Shown: piece after piece, positions 19,111 to 29,113 of the stretch
Layout of the letters: each line of letters opens with the position of its first letter
Numbering within the stretch: the stretch's first letter is position 1
Assembly (NCBI GenBank): GCA_044225365.1
Contig: JBGAIQ010000005.1
Coordinates: 96,001 to 160,000 of the forward strand
Length of the DNA: 64,000 bases
Reading direction: 5' to 3'
DNA from: Planctomycetota bacterium
GTDB taxonomy: Bacteria; Planctomycetota; B15-G4; JADJEK01
Program-made: the position numbers and the translations under genes
The notes under the pieces: model-generated
What the model saw: only the letters and a program-made list of their open reading frames with translations
The model's database searches: none
What the model was told of the DNA's origin: nothing

Positions 19111-20379
19111 TCAACTCGCGAGCAGACCCGCTCGAACGCGATGCTCGAACGACAAGTACGACACGAGCATCGTGAGGCGCACGATCTCCCGATCGTCGAA
19201 GCCGATTCCGCGGAGCGTCTCGATGTGCTCGCCCTTCGTGCTCGCGGGTGATCGCAGCAATCGCAGCACGTGCTCGAGCACGGTGCGTTCGAAGTCGGAC
19301 GCGCTCAGAGGCACTTCGCCATCCGTGAGTTCTTTGAGCTGAGCGAGCTCGGCGGGATCGACTCCGATCGCGATGGCGCGTTCGCTCGCGTATTTCGCCG
19401 CGCCTTCCGCGAACTCGACCCCCGCCGCGAACGCTTCGATCTTCGCGCGAAGCCGCGCCGAGAGCAGCGGCGTACCGCGCAGTTGAAATGCGCGCCAGGC
19501 GAGGACTCCACGCGCGAGATCTGCGTTGAACGAGAGCGCCGCCACGAGTTCTCGCGGCGCCTCACTGAAAAGTGAGGCGAGTTCGCGAACGAGTGCCTCG
19601 TTCACTGGAAGTCGCGAGAACTCGCCCGCCGAATTCGTCCGCCCTGCGCGCGAGTCCTGACCCGCGATCTCCTCGCGCCGTTCCTGACCGCGCCCCGGTT
19701 CGTACGTCTCGAGATTGCCGCCATACTCGGCAGGGATGCCGAGTCCGTCGGCCATTCGATTCAGGTAGTTGAAATGGGCGCAACCGAGCACGACCTGCGC
19801 GATCTCGAGCTCGTGCATCCCAAGCCCATGCAGGCGAACCCAGTCCCGTTCGCTCGCCTCCCAGGGTGCAAGCGTGAGAGTCTCGACGAACTCCAACATG
19901 GCGCGATCGCGGGGCGAGAGATTCGCGCTGCGAAAGTCACGTTGGAGCCTCGTCGCGAGGTCCTCGTTCTCGGCTGCGACACGCAGAAACTCTGCGTGAG
20001 CCGACGTTCAGTAGAAACAGTCGTTGCTCTGCGAGGTGACCGTGTTGATCATCTCGCGCGTCGCCCAAGGGAGTGCGCGATCGCCCCAGTGGATCGTGTT
20101 CGAGAGGCCGAAGGCGTGCAGCAATCCTTCGGGTTCGAGGCTGTGGCAGCGCACGATGTTGGGAGCATCCCCGGAAGGCGTCGAATACACGGCGGGCCGC
20201 GGCGAGGCGTTCGACCGCATCCGCATGTAGACGTCCGCGAGGGGCCCACCCATCGCCATCGCTTCGGGCACTCCGATCATCCGCACGAAGGCGCGTGCTA
20301 CGGCGGGAGGTTGGCCGGGCGCGCCCAGAGGCTTCGAGTCGTGTTCCTGCATTTCCGGGATTCCCGACATCGGTTCCAT
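19111..20379 (-). CDS. AhpD/carboxymuconolactone-decarboxylase-like selenoprotein (Sec at TGA 20010-20008)
   Basis: ORFs 20008..20415 and 19111..19899 are in frame across a single TGA: REMINTVTSQSNDCFY-U-TSAHAEFLR…FNYLNRMADGLG. This gives the AhpD CxxC-x3-H motif with U as the second Cys. Start codon uncertain (20379/20370/20352). Confidence 0.85.
19970..20004 (-). promoter_or_regulatory. Bacterial SECIS element
   Basis: mRNA UGA-ACG-UCGGCU-CACGCAGA-GUU-UCUGCGUG-UCGC-AGCCGA: perfect 8-bp upper and 6-bp lower stems, apical loop starting with G 17 nt after UGA. Confidence 0.8.
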
Positions 20380-20548
20380 GGATCGAAAAGCGGCGCGAAA
20401 GGATAGCGCGGGCAACTTCGAGTGATCGAGTGGTCGCGACGAAATCTCGGGGTATAGTTGGGCGCGGGAGGTTCACCGGCGGGCACCGGTGGACTTCGTC
20501 ACGGATCTAGTCAGTCTCGAAATCCAAACCCCGAAAAGGAGACTCCGC

Positions 20549-21802
20549 ATGTACCGGAGTTCGAAGGCGACACTTTGTGTCGCGACCGCATTCGTTTGCA
20601 CGGTTCTCGGCGCGAACCGTCAGGCGAGCGCGCAGATGTTGTTGACGTTGGAAGGCACCTTCCCGAGCGGCGGCGAGTTCACGATCCACCCACCGGATCC
20701 GTGCAACTACCCGACCCCGGGCCACTTCGTGTGGTTCCTCCCCGACTTCACGTCGAGCTGCGGCTCGATCTTCACCTTCCCGCCGCCGGCCGCCGGACTC
20801 TTCGGTGACGCCGCGAACGACACCCAGAACGACATCCAGTGGATGACCGACGGCATGACCATCGTCGGCTACCAGCAGGGCGTCCCGATGTCGACGCTCG
20901 TCCTCGCGCCAGGCTCGTTGCTGCCGAACCCGCTCACGGGTCTCGGCTTCGATTCTGTGAGCGGTCGGATGTGGCTCACGGACGGCAAGAAGGCCGCCGC
21001 GATCACGGCGCCCTTGCCGGGCTGTGTCGCTTCGCCGACCGTCGCGATCGCGCCGTTCAATCTGCCGGTCGGTTCGGCGACGGCGACCGATATCGAATGG
21101 GACTCGTGGACCAACACGCTGTGGCTCAGTCGCGATGACGGAGTGGTCCAGAACGTCAAGGTCACGGGGACTCCCGGCCCGTTCGGGTCCTTCTCCCCCT
21201 CCGCGTGCTCCCTGACTCTGCCGCACACCGGCATCGCCTTCGATACGGCGACGGGCCAGCTCTACGTCACCGACGGCAAGTTCTTCGAATACGTCGACAA
21301 CACCGGCGCACCGGCCGCACCGACGTTCTACACGCCGAATGCGCCGTGCGCGTCGCCGCCGCCGCCGGGTCCGCCCGCGCTCCTCTCGGGACTCGCCTTC
21401 TCGCCGCGCCCGCTCCACTACGGCAACGGATGCGCGACCGTCGGCAACATCCCGGACATCGGTTTCACCGGTTCGTTCAGCACGACGCCGAACCCGAACT
21501 TCGGCATCACGCTGACCGGTGCGACGCCGCACTCGCTCGCCGTTCTGATCCTCTCGACCGATGCGGCGCAGTGTCAGGCGCTCACGTGGGGTGTCTGCGA
21601 CGTCCTCGTGTTCCCGTTCCTGCTGACGTTCCTCACGTCGACGGACGGTAGCGGTGACGCATCGCAAGCCCTGCCGATCCCGGCGCTGCCGCTCGGCTCG
21701 CCGATCATCGGCCTCACCGTGAAGGCGCAGTGGTTCGTACAGCCGATCCCGATCGGGAAGCAAGCCACGAACGGCCTCGCCTTCACGATCGCCACGAACT
21801 GA
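20549..21802 (+). CDS. Secreted propeller-like protein with shared C-terminal domain
   Basis: AAAGGAG RBS; signal peptide (ASA|Q); TGLGFD…WLTDG / TGIAFD…YVTDG repeats; C-terminus YGNGC…TDGSG…LPIP…AQWF…TNGLAFTIATN. Confidence 0.78.
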   Translation: MYRSSKATLCVATAFVCTVLGANRQASAQMLLTLEGTFPSGGEFTIHPPDPCNYPTPGHFVWFLPDFTSSCGSIFTFPPPAAGLFGDAANDTQNDIQWMTDGMTIVGYQQGVPMSTLVLAPGSLLPNPLTGLGFDSVSGRMWLTDGKKAAAITAPLPGCVASPTVAIAPFNLPVGSATATDIEWDSWTNTLWLSRDDGVVQNVKVTGTPGPFGSFSPSACSLTLPHTGIAFDTATGQLYVTDGKFFEYVDNTGAPAAPTFYTPNAPCASPPPPGPPALLSGLAFSPRPLHYGNGCATVGNIPDIGFTGSFSTTPNPNFGITLTGATPHSLAVLILSTDAAQCQALTWGVCDVLVFPFLLTFLTSTDGSGDASQALPIPALPLGSPIIGLTVKAQWFVQPIPIGKQATNGLAFTIATN

Positions 21803-21814
21803 AGAACCGACGCG

Positions 21815-23158
21815 TTGAAGACCGAGAACGAAGGTCGCGGCGAGATCCCATCTCCCGCGCTCCAGCAGTTCCCAGAAAGTTACCGCGAAAACCCCGTCGC
21901 CCATGGAGCCGATACCGATCGGACTCCGTGGGCGACTGCGGCGTTGCTCGGGCTCAGCTCGATGGTGATCGGCGGCTCGGGTCCGGTCTACGACTCCTAC
22001 GTACCGCGTCTCCTCGAGCATCTCCTCGACAAGAACGACCTGCTCGTCGGAATGGCGATGGGCGTCGACAACGTCACTGCACTGCTCCTCGTGCCTTTCT
22101 TCGGCGCATGGAGCGATCGCATACGAACGCCCTTGGGTCGCCGCGTCCCTTTCGTGTTGACGGCGATGCCCGCGCTCGCGCTCGCGTGCGTCGGTCTGCC
22201 CTTCGGCGCCGACCTTGGGATCGCCCTCCTCTTCCTCGCGATCGTCGTCTTCAGCGCCGCATCGGCCGCGATGCGCGCGCCGATGCAGGCCCTCCTCGCG
22301 GACCTCGTCCCCTCGCCGCATCGCACGCGAGTCAACGGGTTGCTGAGCGTGATGATGTGTCTCGGCGCCATGCCGATGATCGCCCTGTCGAGCAAGCTCT
22401 TCGACCGCGACCCCCATCTGCCCTTCGTGCTCGTGGGCTCCCTCATCCTCGTCGTGTGGGTCGTGTACTCCGTCTGGCTGAGAGAGCCCGATTCTCGGGC
22501 CGGGACCGCCCAGTCTCCGACTGCGGGCGAGAAAGAAGACGTCGAGAGCACCGCGACGTTCGGGATGGTGCGCTCGCTCCTCGCGCACCCCGACAAGATG
22601 CTGCTGCGTTTCTTCCTCGGCGCGCTCCTCTTCCACATGGGCTTCCAGGCGTTCTCGTCGTGGTTCACGACGTACGGCGCCGAGCGATATCACGTGCCGA
22701 TCAACGAGTGCTCGAAGGGCTTCATGTTCGTGGGTGCGTCGAACCTCCTCGCCTCGATGCCCGCGGGCTTCGCCGGCGCGCGCTTTGGACGCAAGGCGTG
22801 CTCGCTCTTCGGCATCGTGGGAATGGGGATCTCCTGTGCGGGGCTCCTGCTCGTGACAACGCTCGGACACGCGTACGCTCTGCTCGCGATGTTCGGAGCG
22901 ACGTGGTCGTTCGCGCTCGTCAATCTCGTGCCGATGATGCTCGAGCTCGGAGGCACTCGGCGGGCCGCGACGTTCGCGGGCGCGTTCCTCGTGTGCATGA
23001 GCGTCGGCGGAATGCTCGGTCCTGCGATCTGCGGGCTCGTCTTCGACCTCGCCCACTCGAAGACGCCGTTCTTCGGCGTGCTCACGGCGTATCTCGCCGG
23101 CGCGGGCCTGCTGATCGGATCGCTGCGCCGCGGCTTCGGCGAAGCCGCGTCAGCGTGA
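21815..23158 (+). CDS. MFS transporter (SLC45/sugar-type)
   Basis: About 12 TM segments; GAWSDRIRTPLGRRVPF and ALLADLVP motifs. Confidence 0.85.
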   Translation: MKTENEGRGEIPSPALQQFPESYRENPVAHGADTDRTPWATAALLGLSSMVIGGSGPVYDSYVPRLLEHLLDKNDLLVGMAMGVDNVTALLLVPFFGAWSDRIRTPLGRRVPFVLTAMPALALACVGLPFGADLGIALLFLAIVVFSAASAAMRAPMQALLADLVPSPHRTRVNGLLSVMMCLGAMPMIALSSKLFDRDPHLPFVLVGSLILVVWVVYSVWLREPDSRAGTAQSPTAGEKEDVESTATFGMVRSLLAHPDKMLLRFFLGALLFHMGFQAFSSWFTTYGAERYHVPINECSKGFMFVGASNLLASMPAGFAGARFGRKACSLFGIVGMGISCAGLLLVTTLGHAYALLAMFGATWSFALVNLVPMMLELGGTRRAATFAGAFLVCMSVGGMLGPAICGLVFDLAHSKTPFFGVLTAYLAGAGLLIGSLRRGFGEAASA

Positions 23159-24712
23159 TCTCAGCTCGCAGAGCACCGAACTCCCACCTCGCACCTTCCG
23201 CGTCGCGACGAGCCCATCGGACTCGACCTCGAGAGTGAGCCAACCGTCGTCGGCCTCGCAAGGCGCCCCCTCGCACCCCGCGACGAACGAGCCGCATTCG
23301 TCGGAGACGCCGGACGCCAGTACGACGTCGCGCTGTCGGAGCACGAACTTCGCACCAGGAACGGGTTTCCCGTCCTGGGAAACGACCTCGCCCGCGATCG
23401 CGAGGGGATCGAACGGAACGTCGATCGCTTTTTCGACGGTCTCTCCTTCACGAAGCTCGAGCGGGATCGCGCGTTCGATCGACCACTGCGGAATCCGGAC
23501 GTACAAGGTTCCGCGGCCGGGTGCGAGATCGTCGCAGCGAAAGCTGCCGAACGCCTGCGGGATCGTGCGAATGCGGTCGTTCGAACGCCATTCGATCGAC
23601 GCCGCGCTGGGGATGCCGGCGAGACGAACGACCCCGCGCAGCGAGGTGGGCGCGGGGACCCGCACGTCCTTGAGGTCGATGCGACCGCTCGCTCCGATCG
23701 AGAATCGCGAGAGTACGAGTGGGCCGGCCCGATAGGGACTGGCGAGAACGAGTTCGTAGTTCGCTCCGGCGAGCAGATCGCTGAAGCGAAACTCGTTGCC
23801 CTGGGCATCGCCCAAGGGCATTTCGTCCGCGCCGACGTGACTCTCGGGCTCGACCGTGATCCCGCGCCGTCGCGCCTCGTGCATCGCCTCCTCGTCTCGA
23901 AGCAGGTCGTGCGGACGGCGCCGAACGCGAAGCGATCGCGTGTCGGAAGCGTCGGCGTCGACGAGCCGCCCCACCGCGCTCGCGCCGCACCTCGCGAGTT
24001 CGATGGGAACGTTGCACCCGTCCAACACAGTCGAAAGGATCGCGTGAAGCCGCGCGGTCTCGTGCCCCGGCGCGGCCACTCTCCACGTGGCGGAGTGCGG
24101 CCATCTCGAGGCCACGCGGACGTGGAGCTGGAACTCGCCCGTCCCAATCGCTTTCACTCCGTTCGCGCTCGTCTCGCCGCACGGACCGAAGATCTCGTCG
24201 GCGCGATCGGCGCGCACGTTGCGCACGGGAAGCTGCTCGTCCCCGGATTCGCACTCGAGATGGAGGGTCGCGGCGAGCGGCTGCGCGCCGATAGGGTCTC
24301 GAACTCTCAAGGCGAGCGTCGCCTCGCCGTGGAGAACGAGGTGCAGCTCACTCCCCTCTTCGATCTCCACGTTCGCCGTGTCCACCGCGCCCGACGCTCC
24401 TCGCAGGTAGACATCGAACGGGCCCTTGCCCTCCGGTCGACGCAGCGAGAAACGCCCCGCCGCGTCGCTCGTCGCTTCGGATTCGACGCTCAGTGAAGGC
24501 CGCTCGAGTTCGAGTTCGGATACTCCGGGAATGATGCGCACGATGGCGATCCTCGCGCCTCGAACGGGCGATCCGCTCTCGCCGGTGACGACTCCAGAGA
24601 CGAACTTCGGCCGTTCCCCACGCTCCGTCTCCGCGCCATTCTCGCACCCGAACATCAGCGCCAGCGCCCCGATCGCCCCGCATACCCTCTGGCGAAGATA
24701 GGCTCCCGACAT
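23150..24712 (-). CDS. Carboxypeptidase regulatory-like domain lipoprotein
   Basis: Strong RBS AAGGGAGGA; lipobox LMFGC; GxVxGESGSPVRGA, SDAAGRF, GEVVSQDGKPVPGA repeats. Confidence 0.65.
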   Translation of the reverse strand: MSGAYLRQRVCGAIGALALMFGCENGAETERGERPKFVSGVVTGESGSPVRGARIAIVRIIPGVSELELERPSLSVESEATSDAAGRFSLRRPEGKGPFDVYLRGASGAVDTANVEIEEGSELHLVLHGEATLALRVRDPIGAQPLAATLHLECESGDEQLPVRNVRADRADEIFGPCGETSANGVKAIGTGEFQLHVRVASRWPHSATWRVAAPGHETARLHAILSTVLDGCNVPIELARCGASAVGRLVDADASDTRSLRVRRRPHDLLRDEEAMHEARRRGITVEPESHVGADEMPLGDAQGNEFRFSDLLAGANYELVLASPYRAGPLVLSRFSIGASGRIDLKDVRVPAPTSLRGVVRLAGIPSAASIEWRSNDRIRTIPQAFGSFRCDDLAPGRGTLYVRIPQWSIERAIPLELREGETVEKAIDVPFDPLAIAGEVVSQDGKPVPGAKFVLRQRDVVLASGVSDECGSFVAGCEGAPCEADDGWLTLEVESDGLVATRKVRGGSSVLCELRSR

Positions 24713-24829
24713 GAAGTCCTCCCTTTCGATGGGACGTGAGTCGGCCCGAGTCCAACCGACTCTCGAGTCCGAGTTCGCAGGGTCGAACGGAAGCTCCGTC
24801 GTGCGGTTCGACTCGTGCCGCTCCTCGCG

Positions 24830-26362
24830 TCAGCGTTCTCCCATCACCTCGATCTCGAGCGGATCGCTGCCCCCGCGAACGTCGAACACGCGGTGCTGCC
24901 GGCCACTGGCTTGGACTTCGATCGTGAATGTACGCGCCAGCTCGTCCTTCGGAATCCGCCAAACGGCTTCGCCCGACGCATCGGTCACCATCGTCGCGAC
25001 GAGGCGCTCTCCCGCAAGGATCGAGATCGGCACGCCCTCGATCGTCGCGGAAGGATGAGACTTCAGGCGAACGACGATCGTGGAGAAATCGATCGAGAGG
25101 TCGAACCTGCGCGGCTCGTTCCTGCCCTCGACCAACGCGATTGGGTAGCTCCGTGTCACGCGCAGTCCGGCCGGGTGGATCTCGAGGACCCCATCGCCGA
25201 TGGGACGGAGTTTCCCGGAGAAGTCGCCGCTCGAGTCCACGTCGATCACCGTGCGAACGTCGCCGGCGCGCCACGTCAGCGTCGCCGCGGATCGCTCGCC
25301 ATTCACGCACACCTGTCCGCTGAATTCTGCATGGGGCGGAGGTGGCGGCGGCACGAGACGCCCGACGTAGAGAGTTTGGGAGCCTTCCACCACATAGCGT
25401 CCGAGCGGCAGATCCGGCGCGTCCGGCCTCGCCGGGTGGAACGAGAGTTCGTATTCCACACCTGACAGAAGGCGGTCGAGCGAGAAGCGAGCGCCCGCGC
25501 CCAGTGGCTGCGACCACTCGTCGCCCGACTCCGCGGTGCTGCACCGCAGGGGGCCTGACGCGCGGACGGCAGCGTCGAGCGGCTCGCGCATCGTCGCGAT
25601 GACGATCCCGTTCCTGTATTCCATGCTCGCTCGTTCGAGGTCGATCGATCCTTCGATTCGCCCGATGCGCGAGATCTCCACGTCGAATGAGGGATCGCGA
25701 TCCTCGAGAGCGGCGAGATCGCATTCGATCCAGCACGGTTGAAAGCCCTCCGCGACGACCTGTGCGCGCAAGAGCGCCGGCGAGCGAAACCGGATCCGGC
25801 CCTGCGGGTCCGTCGACCCCACGAATTCGAATTGGGTGCCCCAGCAACCGAGGGTTCGAATATGTCCTTCGGCGTCGCGCACCGCGCCTCGGATCGTGCA
25901 GCCCGGAACAGGCTGCTTCGTTTTCTTCTCGATGACCTTCAATTCGACGTCGAATGCGTCGTGGAGTACGAGGTCGATCGGCCGCGCGCGATCGGTGAGT
26001 GCGGCGACGTACTCCGATTCCGGGCAAGCGCGAGCGAGTCCATAGATGATCTCGAAGGACACGCCGGGGCCCTCGCACGCGATCTCGAACCTTCCCTCAC
26101 GGTCGGTCGTCGTCGACCCGAGATGGTCGTCGAACTCGGCCTGGCTGGAGGCATCGAGCGATCGGCGCCGAACGCTCTCGAGACGGGCGCCAGCGATCGG
26201 CCATCCCGATTCGGATCGGAGTGTCCCGTGCATGCGCCACGCGAAGCGCGATGCGGCGCGGAAGGATGGCGGATCCGGCTCGCTCGAGAGGAGGAGCGTG
26301 AAGAACAGCACGAGCACGAGGCCCGCGATGCCGGCGCGCTCCATGTCGTCGCGATCGATCAT
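24830..26362 (-). CDS. Carboxypeptidase regulatory-like domain membrane-anchored protein
   Basis: N-terminal TM; GTLRSESGWPIAGA, TTDREGRF, TDPQGRI, TDASGEA repeats; resembles the downstream gene. Confidence 0.62.
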   Translation of the reverse strand: MIDRDDMERAGIAGLVLVLFFTLLLSSEPDPPSFRAASRFAWRMHGTLRSESGWPIAGARLESVRRRSLDASSQAEFDDHLGSTTTDREGRFEIACEGPGVSFEIIYGLARACPESEYVAALTDRARPIDLVLHDAFDVELKVIEKKTKQPVPGCTIRGAVRDAEGHIRTLGCWGTQFEFVGSTDPQGRIRFRSPALLRAQVVAEGFQPCWIECDLAALEDRDPSFDVEISRIGRIEGSIDLERASMEYRNGIVIATMREPLDAAVRASGPLRCSTAESGDEWSQPLGAGARFSLDRLLSGVEYELSFHPARPDAPDLPLGRYVVEGSQTLYVGRLVPPPPPPHAEFSGQVCVNGERSAATLTWRAGDVRTVIDVDSSGDFSGKLRPIGDGVLEIHPAGLRVTRSYPIALVEGRNEPRRFDLSIDFSTIVVRLKSHPSATIEGVPISILAGERLVATMVTDASGEAVWRIPKDELARTFTIEVQASGRQHRVFDVRGGSDPLEIEVMGER

Positions 26363-26426
26363 GGAGGGATCATCGCATGGCAAGGGGAGGAGGAGGGGGA
26401 GGGAAGGGGAAAAGAGAAGAAGAAGA

Positions 26427-26482
26427 GCCAGGCGGAGCCTGGCGGTCCGAAGAGAAGAGCCGGGCGGAGCGCGGCGGTCCGA
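26427..26482. repeat. Two dispersed REP-like palindromes of the 17.9-kb family
   Basis: GCCAGGCGGAGCCTGGCGGTCCGA (26427-26450) and a degenerate copy (26459-26482); the reverse complement matches TCGGACCGCCA.GCTC..C.TGGC. Confidence 0.7.
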
Positions 26483-26878
26483 TTCAAGTCACCGCCGCCT
26501 CACCGTCCGATTCAATTCGCCGCCGCCGGGCCGTCCCTTTCAAATCACCGCCGCCGGGCCGTCATCCCATTCAAATCACCGCCGCCGGGCCCTCCCATTC
26601 AAATCATCGCCGCCTCACCGTCCAATTCAAGTCACCGCCGCCGGGCCGTCATCCCATTCAAGTCACCGCCGCCGGGCCGTCATCCCATTCAAGTCACCGC
26701 CGCCGGGCCGTCCCTTTCAAATCATCGCCGCCTCACCGTCCGATTCAATTCACCGCCGCCGGGCCGTCCCTTTCAAATCACCGCCGCCGGGCCGTCATCC
26801 CATTCAGCTCACCGCCGCCGGGCCGTCATCCCATTCAAATCACCGCCGCCTCACAGTCCGATTCAAAAAAATCACCGC
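26483..26878. repeat. Intergenic minisatellite: 13 units of 28/31 bp plus a partial unit
   Basis: Core TTCAA(A/G/T)TCACCGCCGCC followed by one of three tail types (TCACCGTCCGA, GGGCCGTCCCT, GGGCCGTCATCCCA); units start at 26483, 26511, 26539, 26570, 26598, 26626, 26657, 26688, 26716, 26744, 26772, 26803, 26834. Confidence 0.9.
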
Positions 26879-26897
26879 AGCGTTGCGGTCCGAGGCG

Positions 26898-27857
26898 TCA
26901 GCGCCGCGAGTCCCAGGCCGCGCGCTTCGGAGCCTTGGTGAACAGATCCGTCGAGTCCGTCCCGAGAGGCTCGTCGCCGAGTAGCTTCGCGGCGTTGTTC
27001 GTGTGGAGCGTGGCGCCGGCCGCGTTGCCGATCGCCGCGTAGTACTTCGCGATCGCGAGTTCGTGATCGGCGAGCGCATGGGTGAGGTCCCTGATCTTCT
27101 GCGCGGCCTCCTTCGCGAAGCGGCCGTCGGCGCCGTACTGCTTGAGGTATCGGATCGCGGCGTCACGCGCGGCGAGCAAGGGCTGCGGATCGTAGCCCTT
27201 GCCGCGCGAACGCGCTTCCTGCGCGAGGATCGTCTTGAAGCGCGCTTCCTCGACGAACTCCGAGTTCGGGTGCTCGACGCAGAGTCGCTCGTAGGCGTGC
27301 ACCGCCCGTTCCCCCTCCCCCTCCGCGAGGTGGATCTTGGCAAGCTGCATCCACGCATCATCCGCGTAGTCCGAACCGGGGAAGTCGATCGCGATGCGAC
27401 TGAGCGCGAGCGTCGCCGATTTCGTATCCGGGACGAGTTCGTCGAGCCACGTCTGCGGTGGCCTCTCGAGGATCGCAAGAGCGATCGCATACAGTCGCAC
27501 CGGAACCACGATCGTCGCCCGCGAGGTACGTTCGGTGTCGATCAGCGACGCATACGTGGCCACGGCCTGATCGAGGTCGCCGAGATGCTCACAGCACTGA
27601 GCGGCGAGCAAGAGCGTGAGATCGCGTCGCAGGTTCTCTTGCGGATCCTTCAGCAAACCGTCGAGGATCGCCTTCGACGCCTCGTAGCGGCCCGAATCGA
27701 ACAGGCGCAATGCCGCGTCGAGGCGCTCGCTCGCGACGACCACGGGCGGCGCGTCCGCGTCCCCGTGCGCAGCGTCGCGGGACGAACAACCGGCGGTGCA
27801 CGCCACGACGATCCCGAGCACGATTCGAGTTGCGTGCTGCAGTTCGAGAGGCCTCAC
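26898..27857 (-). CDS. BamD/YfiO-like TPR lipoprotein
   Basis: GTG start overlapping the upstream stop (GTGA); lipobox TAGC; TPR helices FPGSDYADDA, HPNSEFVEEA, LADHELAIAKYY. Confidence 0.7.
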   Translation of the reverse strand: MRPLELQHATRIVLGIVVACTAGCSSRDAAHGDADAPPVVVASERLDAALRLFDSGRYEASKAILDGLLKDPQENLRRDLTLLLAAQCCEHLGDLDQAVATYASLIDTERTSRATIVVPVRLYAIALAILERPPQTWLDELVPDTKSATLALSRIAIDFPGSDYADDAWMQLAKIHLAEGEGERAVHAYERLCVEHPNSEFVEEARFKTILAQEARSRGKGYDPQPLLAARDAAIRYLKQYGADGRFAKEAAQKIRDLTHALADHELAIAKYYAAIGNAAGATLHTNNAAKLLGDEPLGTDSTDLFTKAPKRAAWDSRR

Positions 27858-29113
27858 GGCAGGATCTCGATCTCGACCTCGTTCACGCCGCACTCGTTCA
27901 GATCGAGCATTCGCGTGTCCTGCGCCGGATCGAGGGGCGGGCCGGTCCACACACTGCCGCGGACGCGGTGCTTTCCGGGGGCGAGTCCAGCCGTGTCGAC
28001 GACCAGGCTTCCTGATCGCGGCCCAGGATGGATACGCACGCTCTCAACGCTCGAGTCGACGTTCACGAGCAGGTGAAACTCCCCCCTCGCGGACTCTGGG
28101 ATGCGGGTCGTGAAGTCGACCGTCACCTTCGCGCCGTGCTTCACCCTGGGCTCGTGTACCGCGAGCTCGACATCGATGTGGAGCGAACTCGCTGCGCGAC
28201 CACCCTCCAATTCCGCGGAGTCCTCCTTCGAGATCTGTTCGCGACCCGCATGCACTGCTCCCATCCGCGTAACGGGCAGCAGCACGAGCGCGAACGCAAG
28301 AGCGCCGAGCCACGGTCGCACGCGAGAAAGGCCCGCGCAAAGGAGCAGGATCGTCGCCGTGACGACGATCACGGGGCCGGGCGGCATGTCGAGCAAGATC
28401 GCGGAGAACATTCCGAGCCCCGCCGCGAGCAAGCCCGTGAGCACCGAGATCAGGAAGACGCGCGGCAGGCGCTGCGAGAGGAGGAGCGCGGTCAGCGCGG
28501 GCAGGATGAGGAACGCGAAGGTCAGGAGCGATCCCGCCGAGCTGATCGACAGCGCGATGACGGCGCCGATCGTGGAGAAGAGCAGGAGATCGAACGCGCG
28601 GGCCCGAACACCGAGCGTCTGCGCCGTGTCGGGATCGAAGGAGATCATGATGAACTCCTTTGCGAAGAGCGCATGGACGACGACGATCACGATCGCCGCG
28701 AGCAGCAGGATCTTCACCTGCGCCGACGTGGCGAAGAGCAGCGATCCGTAGAGGATGTGCTCGATGTGATCGAGCTCGGTCGCCGAGCGGAATACGAAGA
28801 GCACGGAGAGCGCCGAGGCGGCCGCGAACGACACGCCGACGAGCGCCTCGCGCGAGACCCGCACGGGCTCGCGCCCGAGCGAGAAGAACGCGACTCCGAG
28901 CAATGTGGCGATCGCCGCGGAAGGCAACGGTGCGAGATGGAGCAGGAGAGCGAGCGCCACTCCGGCCGCCGCGATCTGCGACGTCGCGATGCCGATGAAT
29001 GCGACCCTCCGCATCACCACGTAGACGGCCACGATCGAACAGGTCGCCGCGATGAGCAACGCCGCGAACCACGCGTTGTGGTAGGTCGCGATCAGATCGA
29101 CGATGTGGTTCAT
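27854..29113 (-). CDS. Zn/Mn ABC transporter permease with C-terminal soluble extension
   Basis: VYVVMRRVAFIGIATSQIA, ILYGSLL, SFDPDTAQTLG, GSLLTFAFLILPA, DMPPGP (ABC-3 family). Confidence 0.88.
   Translation of the reverse strand: MNHIVDLIATYHNAWFAALLIAATCSIVAVYVVMRRVAFIGIATSQIAAAGVALALLLHLAPLPSAAIATLLGVAFFSLGREPVRVSREALVGVSFAAASALSVLFVFRSATELDHIEHILYGSLLFATSAQVKILLLAAIVIVVVHALFAKEFIMISFDPDTAQTLGVRARAFDLLLFSTIGAVIALSISSAGSLLTFAFLILPALTALLLSQRLPRVFLISVLTGLLAAGLGMFSAILLDMPPGPVIVVTATILLLCAGLSRVRPWLGALAFALVLLPVTRMGAVHAGREQISKEDSAELEGGRAASSLHIDVELAVHEPRVKHGAKVTVDFTTRIPESARGEFHLLVNVDSSVESVRIHPGPRSGSLVVDTAGLAPGKHRVRGSVWTGPPLDPAQDTRMLDLNECGVNEVEIEILP

Noticed and set aside
24713-24832. Read-through/Sec fusion of the two carboxypeptidase-like genes (same frame, single TGA)
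   Set aside because: There is no redox motif or evident SECIS, and the downstream gene has its own strong RBS and lipoprotein signal.
26483-26878. CRISPR array or repeat-coding ORFs (26046..26984, 26377..27042)
   Set aside because: The tails are only 11-14 nt and recur; unit lengths of 28/31 are not multiples of 3, so the same peptides cycle through all frames.
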